Assembly (NCBI RefSeq): GCF_000315625.1
Contig: NW_005434661.1
Span: 700,020 to 764,019, forward strand
Length of the DNA: 64,000 nucleotides
Source: Guillardia theta CCMP2712
Taxonomy: Eukaryota > Protista > Cryptophyta
Direction of reading: 5' to 3'
The notes below the pieces were generated by a model, which was given only the letters and a program-made list of their open reading frames with translations, did no database searches and had not been told where the DNA came from. The translations under genes and the position numbers were made by a program. Shown here in pieces: positions 25,890 to 42,839 of the stretch. How positions within the stretch are numbered: the first letter of the stretch is position 1; each line of letters begins with the position of its first letter.

Positions 25890-28800
25890 ATGGCGCAAAG
25901 CTTCGCCTCTGTCGGAGGCTCCACCGTGCAAACGGCTCCGGCTCCCCAACATCAACAAGCCCCCCCTGCCAAGTCAGCTGATGCTCTCAAATTTGCACTT
26001 CCTATACCTCCTCCTCTGAGTCAGGCGGATGATGCAGCTGCTGAGGATGCCCTCCATGGCTCTAACTCACCAGCAGCCCAAGAGTCTCCAGGCCAGCTGT
26101 CCGTTCCTGCAAATTCATCAGGGCCACCTGCCCCATCTACACCCCCGACGGCTGAGAATCGAGTTCAGCGGTCAATGAATTCCAAAGAGGACGAAGCTAT
26201 GGAGGAGGCGAGCTCTTCTCCTCCTCCTCCTCCTCCTCCTGCTCCTGTGCCAGGGCCAGAAGATGCAGGAGGTCCTCCAACCGGTGAAAAGACGTCAGAA
26301 GAAGTGTGGAGCAGTCTTGTGAACTTTGCCAGTGGCCTCTGGCAAGATCTGAAAATGCCTTCGCAAGGAATAGAAGGAGGCGATGAGTTAGTCGCTGATT
26401 CCAAATCGAGCGGGCAGGTGCAGGCTACTTACACAAAGGATGTGGAGAGCTATGTAGAGGAACATGTGGTGTGGACAGAAATAAACGATAAGGACCCGGG
26501 AGAATCTGCACTGGTTGCCGGGGTCTCAAAAGGACTGGGAGGTGGTCAAATTCGCCCCATGGAGATCGTGGAGCAGTCGGCGGTGATGGCGAAGCCGGAA
26601 CAAGAGCCAGAGCAACTTGTTGGGGTGCGCAGCAAGCTAGGAGCCTCCGCTCCTGCCGAGCAGAAGCTCGAGAGCAGAGAAGACAAGAATCAAACTCTAC
26701 CAGAGGGAAAAGACGCGAAGAAACAGCAAGAGAGCCAGGCCAAAGGGAAGAAAGCAGATACCGACAAGGTGGAAGACTCCAGTGACAAGAACGAAGGGGT
26801 TCCGTTGGCATTAGAACACGTCGGAGAGCAAGCCAGCGAACACGATGTGAAGCACAACGGTGGCGATGATCTCAAGTCAAAGAAAGATTCATCGCAGAAG
26901 ACGACAAAGAAGAAGACTGGATGTTTCCCCTCCTTCTCCTTGTTCCGCAAGAAGGCCAAGGAGGCGGTGCGGGAGATCGAGGTCGTGGAAGAGGAGCCGG
27001 TCAGGGGTTTCCCTTACATTAGAATACTCATGGAGTTCGGATCGCAAGTGCCCAGGAATTCCTTGACAGCGGACGAGACGTCCGAGCGAGTCGCGCAAGT
27101 CATCGGGGCGGGCGCGGGCAACGTGATGGCATGTCGGCACCTCAAGTCCGGCGTCGTTGCTGAGATCCTGGTGAAGAAGGGAGTTTGTGGGGGTATGACA
27201 TCCCTGGAAGCTTTGCAGTTGCTGGAGAAGAAGGTCAAGACTGGGGATAAGACGCTGGGGAACGAGGTCTTCGAGGACCTCCTCTACAACGTCGTCACCT
27301 GGCCCGCTATCATCGACGCTTCAGTGAGGGTGCAGGAGATTCAGGTGGAGAACGGGCAGGAGCTGGACACGCAGTACGCGCGAGCAGACTTTTTCTTCGA
27401 CATGGATTTCCAGGAAGTCTACGGGGTCGAGCAGGACATTATGGGCGACCTCCATGATACCATCGTGTTAGCACTGTCGGCCGACGCCAACAAGCTCTGG
27501 GTGGCTGGGCTGAGGCCCACCAGCAACTTAGTCGAGATGGTGCTGGAGAGGGGAGAGGCGGGCAAGCTCGCGATGTCAGAGGTGGTGGAAAAGTTGTCGA
27601 GGGTGGTTCCGGATGGGGCGAGGAAGGAGGAGCAGGAGCAGGAGGATCAAACTTTCAAGGAGTGCAAGAGAGTTGTGTGCTGGGAGTCGAACTCGATGGG
27701 GTTCTTCGAGAAGGCGAGAAGGTCGCCAGAGGACTCGGCGAAGGAGCCGGTGGACGTCGGGGGCATGAGCGAGGGCCTGGTGTTGAGCCAGGACAAGAAT
27801 ATTCAGATCGATGAGTTCGACGAGGAGGCCCAGCTTGATGAGGAGGAGAGTCCTCGTCCTCCTGAAAAGAAATCAGCGACGGACGTCTGGGACGGGAGGC
27901 GATGGCTGAAGATGAGAGATTCTTTCATCCTCAATGGCAGGTTGGTCCCATTCTCTCCTCCCCCTCCTCTCGTCCTCATGGTTTTGTCCTCTGCTTTCTC
28001 CCTCAGACGCTTGTTCTCCTCATCCTGTTCTGTGCAGGTGGGAGCGAAGACTGGCAGAGGACAGCAAAGAGTAAGCTCCCTCTACCTCCTGCCCCTCGCT
28101 CCCCCTCCTCCCCCTTGCCCTTCCCCCTTCCTCCCCTCCCTCTTCCTCCCCCTCCCTCCTCCTCTCCCTCTCACGCCTCGCAGATTCTTCTACAACGACG
28201 AGCTCGGGCTGCTCACCACGAGTCTCCCGAAGAGCAGGGCGATCTACTTCTACGAAAAGGGCAAGGCGTTCTATGCTCGCAAGGAGTTTCACTACGCCCT
28301 CGCCAACTTCCGGCTCTCGAGGAAGGAGCAGGACCAGCTCGTCGCTGCCGCCAAGGAGGAGCCCATGTGCTTCGCCCAGGCGGTGCAGGCGCGAGCGAAA
28401 TGCCGATGGCTAGACCGCTACATGCAGAACTGCTTGAGGTATCTCTTCTCCTCACCTCTCCTCACCTCTCCTCTCCTCTCCTCACCTCTCCTCTCCTCTC
28501 CTCTCCTCTCCTCACCTCTCTTCCTCTCCTCTCTTCCTCTCCTCTCTTCCTCTTGCATCTCCCTCAACCCTCCCTCATCCCCTCCCCTCCTGCCAAAGTT
28601 TGTCCACCTGACTCCCTCCAGTCTCACCACAGAGGCCGAACAGGAGAGACAGCACGCCATCCTCTACAACAAGGGCGTCACCTTCCTCTGCGCCAACAAC
28701 CCTCTCCGTGCTCGGGTCCGCGACCCGACCTCAGCTCATCCCCAGCTGACAGTGAGATGGAGCAGGAAATCTTCAAGGAGCTCGAGGCCTCTGCTGGACT

Positions 28801-29250
28801 CGACTATCGGGAGCTGCGGCAGCTGCTCAAGGAGTTGGGTAAGGCTGACCTGCTCCTCCTGCTCCTCCTCCTGCGCCGCCCTCCTCTTCCTCTGCCTCTC
28901 TCCTGTTCCTCCTCATCCTCCGTCCTCCTTCCCCTCTGCGTCCTACTCGACCCTTCTCTGCCTCCTCCCTACCGCCTCTACATCGCTCTGTCGCTCTACC
29001 CAACAATTCTTCGTGTCCTCTCTCCTTTCTAAACTTTGGCAACTAACAGACTCCGACAAATTCAACAGAGCTCAGAAGAAACCGGTTTGATCCTCTCCCT
29101 CGTCTCCCCTCCTCCTCTCCCCTCCTCCCATCCCTCCTCTTGTTTTCACCCTTGTTCCAATCTTGTCACTTCCCCGCTCCCTCATCCGCTCCCCCCTGCC
29201 CCAGCCCCCCAACCTCTCCTCCTTTGTGTTCAACTCCCTCTGACATGATA
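25890..29250 (+). CDS. Large hypothetical protein with a disordered N-terminus and a TPR-like C-terminal part; 3' end approximate
   Basis: Exon of more than 2 kb (25890 to about 27920), followed by small exons such as FYEKGKAFYARKEFHYALANFRLS and ILYNKGVTFLCANNPLRA. The Pro/Leu/Ser runs in the ORF track are read-through of pyrimidine-rich introns. Confidence 0.55.
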
Positions 29251-29374
29251 ACAGATTACCTCATATGTCTTACAGAACGGAAACTTATAACTCCCTTCCT
29301 CCTCCTCCTTTGACCTTCCCCTCCCTTCACCTCTCCTCCTACTGTACATATAAACAACAGCGAGAGCGTCTACT

Positions 29375-32300
29375 TCACTTGCTGTCCAGTAGGCTCTCGA
29401 ACAGGTGGAGCTTCTGTGAATTGAAATTGATCCCTCCGTGCAGCAACACGTGGCTCCCGACACGTTCCGTCTCGTTCTCCTCCTCNNNNNNNNNNNNNNN
29501 NNNNNNNNNNNNNNNNNNNNNNNNNNNNNNNNNNNNNNNNNNNNNNNNNNNNNNNNNNNNNNNNNNNNNNNNNNNNNNNNNNNNNAGAAGGAGATTGAGG
29601 TCCGAGTGGAGGAGACGAGGAGAGGTGCGTGAGGAAATGGGGAGGAGATTGAGAAGGAGACCACGGCGAGGATACGAGAAGAAGAGACAGGACGATGAAG
29701 AGAGGAGGTGAAAGGGAGGAGATGCGACAGCAAGTAGAAAAAAAACTACCAAGGGATCAGGTGAGACACATGGTAGGAGGAAGGGAGATGAGGAGGGAGG
29801 AGGAGGGAGGGAGTCTTTCACCTTCTTGGAGTAGAAGGAGATGACAGTGTCAAGGTTGTCTGTCATTTCAAGGTTGTTGTTTTGCCCCCGAAATCTGAGA
29901 GAAGAAGAGAATCAGGAGGAGAGGAGGGAGAGAAGGTGGGGGAAGGACACAAGGAGAACTTTGAGAGGAGGAGCAAGAGGGGAGGGGATGGAGGAGGGCG
30001 AATCGCGCGGGGATAGGAGCAGGAAGCAGAGGAAACAAGCAGAAGGAAGTGTTGAAGGAGGAGGAGAAGGAGAAGGAGGAGGAGGAGGAGGAGGAGGAGA
30101 GGTATTTTCTGAGAAGCATTCTTGCTTGTGAATGAGGGCGTATATGATGTGAGGGTTGCGGGGGAGCGCGTAAGTCAGTGCGGAGTTGATGATCTAGTAG
30201 AGCATATCAGTTCGATGAGAGGAGGTGAAGAGATAAACCTCCAGACATGAAGTTTTCATCTCCTGACAGACTGAAAGTTTGGCCTGCAAGTTGCCATTCT
30301 TTGCTGTTGAGAGGAAGTTAGAGGAGAGGGAAAGACAAGGAGAGCAAGAAGAGGGGAAGAGAGTGGAGGGGAGGAGAAGGAGGAGAGGAGAGGAAAGGAG
30401 AGGAGAGGAGAGGAAAAGAGAGGAGAGGAGGGAAGGAGAGGAGAGAGAGGAAGTGAAAGGGAGGGAGATGAAGTGGAAGGGAAGGGGAGTGAAGAGGAGG
30501 AGGAGGTAGTCGTAGGGAGACGACAAGGGGGCAGGGCGGAAGACCGTTTGTCTGCGGCTTCTTCTCTATGTACTTGGAGAGGTATTCACTTCGCTTGCAG
30601 AGGATCTGAGCCAAGACAAATGAGATGCAAGACAAGGCGGGAGAGGATTGAGAACTGAAGGTGATGCAACAGGGGGAGGGAGAGGAGAGGAGGAAGATGG
30701 GAGGGAGAGGAGGCAGGGAGGGGAGAAGAGGGAAGGGGAACAGAGGAAAAGAAGGGAGGAGAAGGTAGGAGGAGAGGAGAGAATGGAGGAGAAGAAGGCG
30801 GGAGGAGAGGAGGAAAATGAGCAGGAGGGGTACTTCGAAGAGGAAGAGGAGAGGGGAGGGAGGAGAGGAGAGGAGAGGACAGGAGAGGAGAGGAGAGGAG
30901 AGGAGAGGAGAGGAGAGGAGAGGAGAGGAGAGGAGAGGAGAGGAGAGGAGAGGAGAGGAGAGGAGAGGAGAGGATAGGACAGAGGATGATAGGGGAGGGA
31001 AGGTGTGGAGAAGGGAGGAAAAGGAGGACAGGGGAGAAGGGAGGGGAGGCGAGGGGAGTATTCGGAGCTGACCTATTGTAATGTTTGCTAGCACGCGGTC
31101 TTTGAACCAAGCAACATTGTGCTGTGAGAGTGAAGATGATAAGGAAACAGTTGCTTCACTTGCTGTCACTCAAACCATCATGCAGTCGGGTGAATGAATG
31201 TTGGACGAGTAGATCGCGTCATTGCTGGTAGAACATGTGAGAAAACCAAACATTATGTGTGCAAAAATGATAGGCAAGGAATGAACAACTACCTTAAGAT
31301 GAGGAATATGACGAGCAACATGTAATTGCAATTCGGCTGCAGAACAAACAGGGTTTTCATTCCTTGAAATCACAGCTCGCACACTTACGGGTTTTGTTTC
31401 TTGCCTCGTACGCAAGTTTGAGCAGGGGTACAATGACAGCCTGTCGCAGCCATCGGTGTCAAGACGCTTCTCGATCCTCGTGACTCGCTGCAAAAAGGTT
31501 TCAAATCGTACCTGGGGCTCTGACTTGGCAAGAACATAATTCAAGAAGCGATGATTGTGATAAATCGTGTAGTAGAATAGCAAAACCTGACAAATATTCA
31601 TCAACGTCTTCATCATCATCATCTCCATATCTCCATCATTCATTCTCTTTCTCTTCCTTCTCCTCCTCCTCCTCCTCCTCCTCCTTCTCCTCCTCCTCCT
31701 CCTCCTCCTCCTCCTCCTCCTCCTCCAAGTGACTCATCATCTCTGTCACTCACCGTACGATCGTCGACCAGAGTTCTGTTTGGCGCCCGAGGCATCAAAA
31801 CCCATCACGTTCTCAGCACACCCATCAAAGATTCTCACTTTGCAAAGGCGTCGTGCAGCTTGCTGAAAGGAACATGCACGCACTGATCATCATGGCTGCA
31901 GTTCACCCACGTCATGCTCACAGCAGCATGCAGCTAGCGCGTCTACCTCAGCAGCATCACATGCGAGCTCTCCCCCCTCCCCTCCTCCACTAGTTCCGGG
32001 TCGCTGTCATGCATCTGCTGCAGTTCCGCTCTGCACGTCGCACTCATTTCAGGTGAGGAGCAGCATGGCGTCACGTTGAATGCTCCATCCTCACTTCAGC
32101 ATCCCTCCACCCCCACCCCTTCCCTACTCACCCTCATGCACCCTTCTCGCTTCCTCGCTTCTCGTGTTCACCATCTCCTCTCTCACCCACTCCTCTCCTG
32201 CACTCCTCCTCTAGTCTCCCCTCCTCCTACTCTCCTCGCTCTCTCCTCCTCTAGTCTCCTCTCCTCTTTCTCTCCTCGCTCTCTCCTCCTCTAGTCTCCT

Positions 32301-34390
32301 CTCCTCTTTCTCTCCTCGCTCTCTCCTCCTCTAGTCTCCTCTCCTCCTTCTCTCGCCCTCTCCTCCCTCCGTCGCTCCAATTCACCTGAACGGATTTTCC
32401 AGCGTGGGATGGGAGAAGTTCACGAAGATGAGGATGAGCAAAGAGCACTTCTCGGAGAGTTGGCTCAACGGCGGTTGTCCTGAGGCGCCCAAATCACGAG
32501 CAGCGCAGCGAGCAGGCAGCAAGCAACGCACGAGAGTCTGCTAACAGAAGCGGGATCTGCCAGGGAGGATGCTTTGAAGTGGAGGAGAGGGAGACGGAAC
32601 CTTCACCGACGTCAGCAACGCCTTGGTCAGCGCCACCTCCATGGCAACTGACCGAAGAGGTTGTATGGCTTGATTGCAGGAGCAACAGGAGCTGACATGA
32701 CAAGGTAAGAGACTCAGCAACGGACATTCTTCTCGAGGCACCTGCTTGTTGTTCTATCCATGTCTTGAACATCGCAAACTGCAAACAGAACAAGTCACGA
32801 CCTCTTCTGTGCATCGAGGCGTGTAAGTTCAAAAATGCCACCAACCATGAACGGACGGGCATATTCGCGTCTCGACATCAAATGGTCCAGGAACGGATTG
32901 CAAGGAGCCCCCAGCGCCTGTGTTCCCAGCTCAAAACACGCCTCAAACCTTCCCTCCTCCTCCTCCTCCTCCTCCTCACCTGCGTCATCTGCGTGGCCGA
33001 CATCTCCAGCAGCAGCCCAGCACACTCGAAGTGGAGGGAGTAGGTGTAGTAGGTGTGCGCCTGGGAGCAGCTCAGAACCTCCCGCAAAGTCAGGGGGTCT
33101 CACCTCCCGCACTTGCGACATGAGAAGGAGGGCAACGGCATCACAGAACGCCTGCAGCAGCGACTCCGTCCTGCTCGTCTCTTTGTGCCATGCCGGGACC
33201 TGCCGGCAGGAGAGGGTTCAGCAGGAGCCCGGCTCCTTACCCCACCGACCCACATGGCTGCCGTAGAGCTCCAGGAGACTCTCGGGCGTCAGCTCCTGGA
33301 CGTGGGTCTTGATCGTGTAACGGACCATGACGACTACGAGCTGCGTCACAGGACAAGCTCTCACCCTCCGCTCCTCACCGAGGTTCAATGCTCGTTGCAC
33401 GTCCTTCTCGCTCACCTGCGGGCTGCGGCTCAAACTTCTTTCTTCCTCCTCCTCCTCCCCCCCCCCCCCCCCCCCACCCTCCTCCTCCTTGTCCGCCTCT
33501 CCCTCACCCGCTCCCACCATGGGAACGTACCATCTTATGATTCCCGCTTGTGCAGAGAGCTAGCATGTGTATCAGGTGGCGAAGAAGCTGCCTGTTACCA
33601 GTTGAGAAGCCATCCCGCTCATCACCTGCGCTGACAACGTACCAGTAGTTCCCTGAATTCCTGTTCTCCGAGAACTGCTGGACAGGATGAGTGTGTTGGT
33701 CCAAGAGTTGTGCTCACTCCTCCTACCCGCATCGTCCATGACGCTGCTGTTCGCTCCAGCCAGTCTTTCACATTCTTGCGCGGCATCTCAATCTCTCCAT
33801 CACAAATTCTCCCCCAGATCCTGAAGTGTTGGATGAGGTTCAAACGTGGCAAAGGTGGGATGGCAGGATTATGGCAGGAGAAATCTTACTCGTCGTCAAA
33901 GTCCACAGCCTCCTCCCCAGCTATCCGATCGAAGTCCTTCTGTATCACAGACTAGGAAGAACAAGTTATCCCGCTTTTACGTGCCATGGATGACGAAGAT
34001 CCGACGCCCAGCCAGGAGGAAGCAATGCAACAAAGTCGGGAAGGCAGAGAGAAGGAGAGAAGGAGAAGGACCGAGGGAGAGGAAATGATGACAGTCGACG
34101 GGAAGGGATGGAATGAAGGGAGGACATGAGAGGACAGGGAAAGGTAGAGTGTAGAGCAGAGATACAACAAGTATACAGGAACAAAGTGCACAGCACAGGC
34201 AAGGGGTTGGAGCGACACCAGACCGAACGAGAAGAAAGAGGAGAGGATGGCAAATCAAGAGTAGAGGCAGAGTCAGAGGGAGGAGGAGGAAGAGGAGAGA
34301 GGAGAGAGGAGAGAGGAGAGAGGAGAGAGGAGAGAGGAGGGAGCGGTTGTTGCGAGGAGAACAAGCATTGAGTACCGCCTCTGCGCCCAT
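29375..34390 (-). CDS. DYM: Dymeclin (Dyggve-Melchior-Clausen protein) homologue; spans an assembly gap
   Basis: N-terminus MGAEA (myristoylation-type, as in dymeclin). Motifs QFSENRNSGNY, VLLFYYTIYHNHRFLNYVLAKSE, HNVAWFKDRVLANITIG, IINSALTYALPRNPHIIYALIHKQECF and DNLDTVISFYS. Confidence 0.8.
32211..32350. repeat. 40-bp intronic tandem repeat, about 3.5 copies
   Basis: Unit ctagtctcctctcctctttctctcctcgctctctcctcct at 32251, 32291 and 32331, with a variant at 32211. Confidence 0.85.
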
Positions 34391-34496
34391 GGTGTTCCCG
34401 AAATCGAAACTCAAATAGATTTATTAAATATTTATATTTTATTGCACATTCCCCTCTATCATCAATGAAATATGTTGGATTTAATTGTAAATTTAA

Positions 34497-36291
<1,795 letters not shown>

Positions 36292-36353
36292 TGAAGCTCT
36301 ATCCCCTCACCATGCCGCGCCGCTCAGTGGTCGATTGTACACCTGCTCCGTGA

Positions 36354-37688
<1,335 letters not shown>

Positions 37689-37914
37689 GTTCTCATGAAC
37701 TGAAAGAGCTCTTTCCGCTGTTGTGCGACGAAAAGAGACAATTTGATGTAACTGTAATTGTTACTTGCCCCTCTCGTTCTCTCATTCTTCTCGTTTAATA
37801 TACAGTGGGCAAGAAATAGGAGATGAACACTGACAAGAGAAAATTGAGCATGTCAATATCCATCTATACCTTGTATGTCTGCCAAGATCGAGGGCAGCAT
37901 CCAGCGCCTTGTCA

Positions 37915-38526
37915 TGAATTATAAGGGCGTCGGAGCGGCTGCAAGGCGATTGGATACTCCTAGAGCAAGTCATCACAAACTTCTCGCTGTTGGCATGCGG
38001 CAAACCTGACGCCCCATCCTCGGGCTTCTCAGATAGTCAGGAAAGTGATAATCCCCTCCGAATACATTCCGGTCCTGACCCTGCCACACCCGGCTCGTTA
38101 TCGTGATGCTGGGGCCCTCGAAGGCACTTGCGAACCTCATTGGGGTCGTCTGACTGGCCCACACTGTTGGGGGTGACAGACCATGGTGGGGTGAGAGGAA
38201 TGATCTGTAGAAAAGGAACTAAGCGCTAGGTTCAGGTTGCACATCACATACTACCTGTGTCAGATGGATAAGGTTGTGTTGACGCTGTTGCGGCACGTAA
38301 ACTATTCTACCTGGAAGCTTTCGAGAGAGTCAGAGCAACATCAGAAGAAATGGATTCTATCGAACTTGGTATGAGCCCAGGATGACATTGCGTGGAGCCG
38401 TCTGGTAAAGCACATTCCCCTGCTTTCTCTCCCCGGTTGTGTAGAGCGTTCCTGACCGAACTGTTCAGCATCCTCCTCTCCTCTTTACATCAAGATCGCT
38501 CGAGTCGATCCTCATCACCTGCCATG
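37915..38526 (-). CDS. Small hypothetical multi-exon gene; boundaries uncertain
   Basis: Exon WASQTTPMRFASAFEGPSITITSRVWQGQDRNVFGGDYHFPDYLRSPRMGRQ flanked by plausible GT/AG sites. Confidence 0.3.
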
Positions 38527-39093
38527 AAACACAACAGGAGCGAAGCGACCAGCCATCGAGGAGCCGTCACAGCATCACCGTGATGAAAGAGAGTGGATGA
38601 ATACCGTTTCAACGAGTTCTAACGGTTTGTCTTATTTGTAACGGCAAGGTCACTTCATTTGATTTGTCGGTGGCGGTCTTCGATCGATTGGATAGAATTA
38701 AATTCTCAATATTTTCCTGAAAATATTTGAATTTTTCTTTGAATGTTGTTCTGATATTTCAAATATTGGAAATGGGTGTTGTTATCTTTGAATCATTCAC
38801 TACCCCACCCCTGTGAATTGTAGGTGTAGAGGTTTCTAGATATACCCCCACCTCCTGATTTCCAATGCCTTTACCCCCATGACCCTACCCCTCCAATTCC
38901 TTCCCCAACCCCCCAAAATAACAAACCCACCCCAATTTTGCCACGAGGACTACCCCTACCCCTATCAAACTAATGCTCCGTACCAGACATGGCAACCCCT
39001 GACCCCCAGTTTGTAACTCGATCTTGACCATCACCCTACCATCTCGAGCCTCCTGGATAGCAAAGGGGTGGGGGTCCGTTGTCCTCTACCCAC

Positions 39094-39609
39094 ATGCTCC
39101 GCGCCGCTCGCCGCCTCGCAGTTCGCGTTCCTCGCGGCTTCCGCCCCCCAAGCCGCGGCCTCGCCGATGACGCAGCAGCCAAGGGAGGACCCATCCCCAC
39201 CAAGCTCACCTTCAACCTCCTTGCTCCTCACAAGGCCATCTTCAACAAGGCCGAGGTCGACCAGGTCATCGTCCCAGGGGCCGACGGTATGTTCGGCGTC
39301 CTGCCAGGGCACGTTCCCACCATCGCTGAGCTCCGTCCTGGCATGGTTGAGGTTACCGTCGCGTCTGGAGACGTGAAGAAGTACTTCCTTAGCAGCGGCT
39401 TCGCTTTTGTGCACGCTAACTCCACCCTGGATGTGTGCGGGGTGGAGATTGTACAGCTCGATGAACTGGATCCGTCGGCCGTGTCCTCTGGCAAGAGCGA
39501 GGCCGAAAATGCTCTTAGCTCAGCAACAGATGAGGTTGAGAAGGCAAAGGCACAGATAGCAGTTGACGTGTATACAACTCTCACAGAAGCGCTTGCTTCT
39601 AACAAGTAA
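39094..39609 (+). CDS. ATP16: Mitochondrial F1 ATP synthase delta subunit, intronless
   Basis: Arg-rich presequence MLRAARRLAVRVPRGF. Motifs KLTFNLLAPH, VPGADGMFGVLPGHVPTIAELRPG, KYFLSSGFAFVH and EKAKAQIAVDV. Confidence 0.95.
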   Translation: MLRAARRLAVRVPRGFRPPSRGLADDAAAKGGPIPTKLTFNLLAPHKAIFNKAEVDQVIVPGADGMFGVLPGHVPTIAELRPGMVEVTVASGDVKKYFLSSGFAFVHANSTLDVCGVEIVQLDELDPSAVSSGKSEAENALSSATDEVEKAKAQIAVDVYTTLTEALASNK

Positions 39610-39871
39610 TTCATAGTCTATTTGTGTTATGGCATGGGAACACACTTGGGAATGCACATTCTCGCAAGTTGCGCTTTCTGCTGATGTTTTTTTATGGAGA
39701 AAGGGCTATCGTTCAGGATGAGGAAGCAAGTTTTTGGAGCATGACTGACCACTTCCTTGGACATGCGACATGAACATGCAAGGGGCATTCAACCAGGTTG
39801 GCATCTCATCAGGGGCTTGTTGCTTCGAAGAAGAAAACTCTCATTAAATTGTTTCATTGGTTCATCTCTGC

Positions 39872-42458
39872 TCACTCCTCTCTGACCTCCCTCCTCCCGT
39901 TGAGAGCGAGGAGCTTCTCGAGCATGGTTGACACGGTGAACGTCCCAGCTGACTCCTTTCCCAAGCCGCTCATCTGCTTCTCTAGAAGCTGCCGCGTGTT
40001 TGCTATCTTCTTCTCGTTGCTTCCTCTTGCCTTCTCTCTGAGAATCTCTCCTGTCACTTTCCCTCCCTCCTCCCATGTCAACCATCATACCGTGTGAGCA
40101 CGTTGAACAAGAGCTCCAACAGCTCCACGTTGTAGACGAGTGTCAGCGTCTCCTTGGAAGCCAGCGAGTGCACATCGACCATGTCTGCCTGCAGAAACCT
40201 GCACATGGCAGAGAGGACATCAGATGATCCTTCCTCACATCCACCTCTTCTATCCTCCTCCTCTCCCACCTCTCCGCCATCTCCGCCAGCCTCGGCCATC
40301 TGACCTGTGCTCCCCGCACGTCAGCTCTGAATGAGCAACAGTCAAGGAGGACCTGAGCAAGGAGGAGGAGGTATTCAGCCGCTAGGCTCTTGGGAACCAC
40401 TTGTTGCTCGCAGCATATGATGGCATGAAGTAGAATCTCACTCCAGGTCTTCAAGAGCCAACAGGTCAGACAAGCACAGGCTGGTGGTCGCGAGGAGTTA
40501 CCAGGGGGAAGTGTTGGAATGTGTATCTGTCCTTGATCCCATGCACGGTGAAGATGTCGTTGTAGTCTTCGTTCTCATACCATTGTAGCTGCGAAGCAGA
40601 TAAGAACGAGATCTCATCTACGTCGCTCCTCTCACCTTGTTGGCGTGGCCACTGGAAACCGTTTCTTGCAATATTTCCCTCAACTGACAGACAAGGATCA
40701 GGGAGAAGATGAGATTAGGAGTCAATGTGCACAGAATCCGACAAACTTCCTTCCAGCTTCATGCTACTCGATGATTCAGTGAAAACCATCTTTTGAAGTT
40801 TAGTCCTCGCCTTTAGCAGCATCAAAATCAAATCGTGTTTCTTTGTACCGCGCAAGAACAATTTGAGCAAAACTCACTTTTTCGATGGGAGAAAGCGAGG
40901 AGAATGCGCACATTTTCGTCAACCTATCTTCGACGTCCTTCTTATCATTCCTGTGCCTGTACAATAGAGATGTCAACAGGAAACAATGTGACGGCTATGA
41001 TCAACTGACCATGCGATGTGCATCATGACGTCATTCAGCTGCGAGAACGCAACCCCCCACTGACTCTGCATCTTCACATGATCGCTTGCGAGGTTCTTAG
41101 GGAGATTAGAATGAGCCAGATACAGCACGACACAGTCGAGGTACCTGAATGGCCGGATCCATGAAGGCTTCCCAGATTGAGGAGAGCGTCTTCAACTGTC
41201 GTGAGAGGGACATCTGAATATCTTTCCTCCATCCGTTGGCTCCCGCTGTGGTAACAGCAGAAGTGAATCCTTCTTCTGCCCCCGCTCGCCCTCTCTTCCC
41301 GAGGGCGGAGGGCTCAGCGGAATCATGCACTCCCTCCTTCTCCTTGTCCGCGGACTCCCGCGGGGTTTCGCCGGGGGTCAGGTAGAACCATCCCGAGAGC
41401 ACGGATGCTCCTTCATGGCTGTTGTCCGCAACCTCCTGAGCTTCTGAGACGGACGAGCAGGTAGCATTCAGGCTCACTGTATCTTCGCTGCCGTACCTAC
41501 AGAAGAGGGAGTACCTCAACAGGTCCACCAGATACGAGCCGAGCAAGCATAGGTACCCCACGACCGGGTGCAAGTCCCCTAGACCTGACTTGGAGCTCAG
41601 ACTCTGGCAGACTGCGTTGGTTATGGAGGAGGAGACCAATCTCGAGCTGGCCAGATGCTGGTTTGGATGCTTTCCTGGCCCCCCTGTGGCCGCCCTTGGG
41701 GCCGGGGCATTGCGGAGCGGGAAATTCTTCAAAGCTTCAGGAGGGCAGCAGCCGACGAAAGATTCCATCAGGGATCGGATGGCAACCCAGTCGCCCAGCC
41801 CAAAGTGATGCAGGACAGATCTCTCTATATACGGTTGTACCTTGACCAGCTCCTCCTCCTTCAGGACCTCTCCCTTCATCACCTTGCCGACGCACTCCAC
41901 CGCCAGCAACTTGGACCACTCGGTGCAGAACGTCGAGAAAGGATCCTCTCCCATCATCTCCCCCCTCGCCCTCGTGTCGAGCTCAAAGGTGAACTCGCAC
42001 GCCCTCCACCACAGGGCTGTGCTGTTGTCCGTCAACTTGCCGAGGCTCAACAGGATGTTCCAGGTTGAACCATCGTCAGCCTCTTCCTTGCCGTCGAAGA
42101 GCAGAGAGAGGCACTTCTCCAACGGAGCCTCCACGTCTGTCTTGCTCGGTATCAAGATCCCTGATCGAACAAAGTTCCCTGCATCCTTGTTCCCCGCAGC
42201 GAACTGCCGTAGGTCCACCAGGATGAGCTCGCAGAATTGCGACAGCATGTCCTCCTTCTGGCAGATATCGCCGAGAAGGGAGTTGGCACGGGCGTCATCA
42301 CGAGCAAGGCAGCAGGCCTTCCAGAAGTCATAGTTGATCCTCGCGCTGTCAGGGAAAAGACTGATGGCAACGAGGAGGGAAGACCGTGCCTGACTGTAGT
42401 CACCCTGGTCGATCAATGCACGCCCTTCTTGAGCGAGATCCTCCTCCGTCACCGGCAT
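39872..42458 (-). CDS. Helical-repeat protein resembling Integrator complex subunit 10
   Basis: N-terminal ARSSLLVAISLFPDSARINYDFWKA resembles the INTS10 segment [23 protein letters not shown] as recalled. C-terminal exons LVYNVELLELL and TRQLLEKQMS fit loosely. Large first exon from 42458 to about 41145. Confidence 0.5.
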
Positions 42459-42839
42459 GCTCCTCCACTTCAACGGGAGATCCAGGATCGAGCAAGGAAG
42501 ATGCTTTCACGCAGTCATCACGGCATGCAGCACGTAGCGAGCTCCCTCTCCTTGTAGTCTCCCTCCTCTCTGCCAGGCTCTCCTGCGGGCGCCGTCGCAA
42601 AGCTGTTCAAGGTTGAATCTCTTCGGCCCGGCCAGGGTCACCGGGCCGGGGCCCCGCCGGGCCGCGTGACTCGCTGCACTGAGCAGCCCGGGGCCGCTGA
42701 GCCCGGCTGATCACTTGACGTTGCCGCGGCGAAGGAGTGCATGGGGGCCCCCGGCCCCCCAGGCCCCCCCCCCCCCCCCCCGCGCCGGACGCGTTGAGTC
42801 CGGGCCCACCCCGTTCTCCTGAGTTCTCACTGTCAACCG

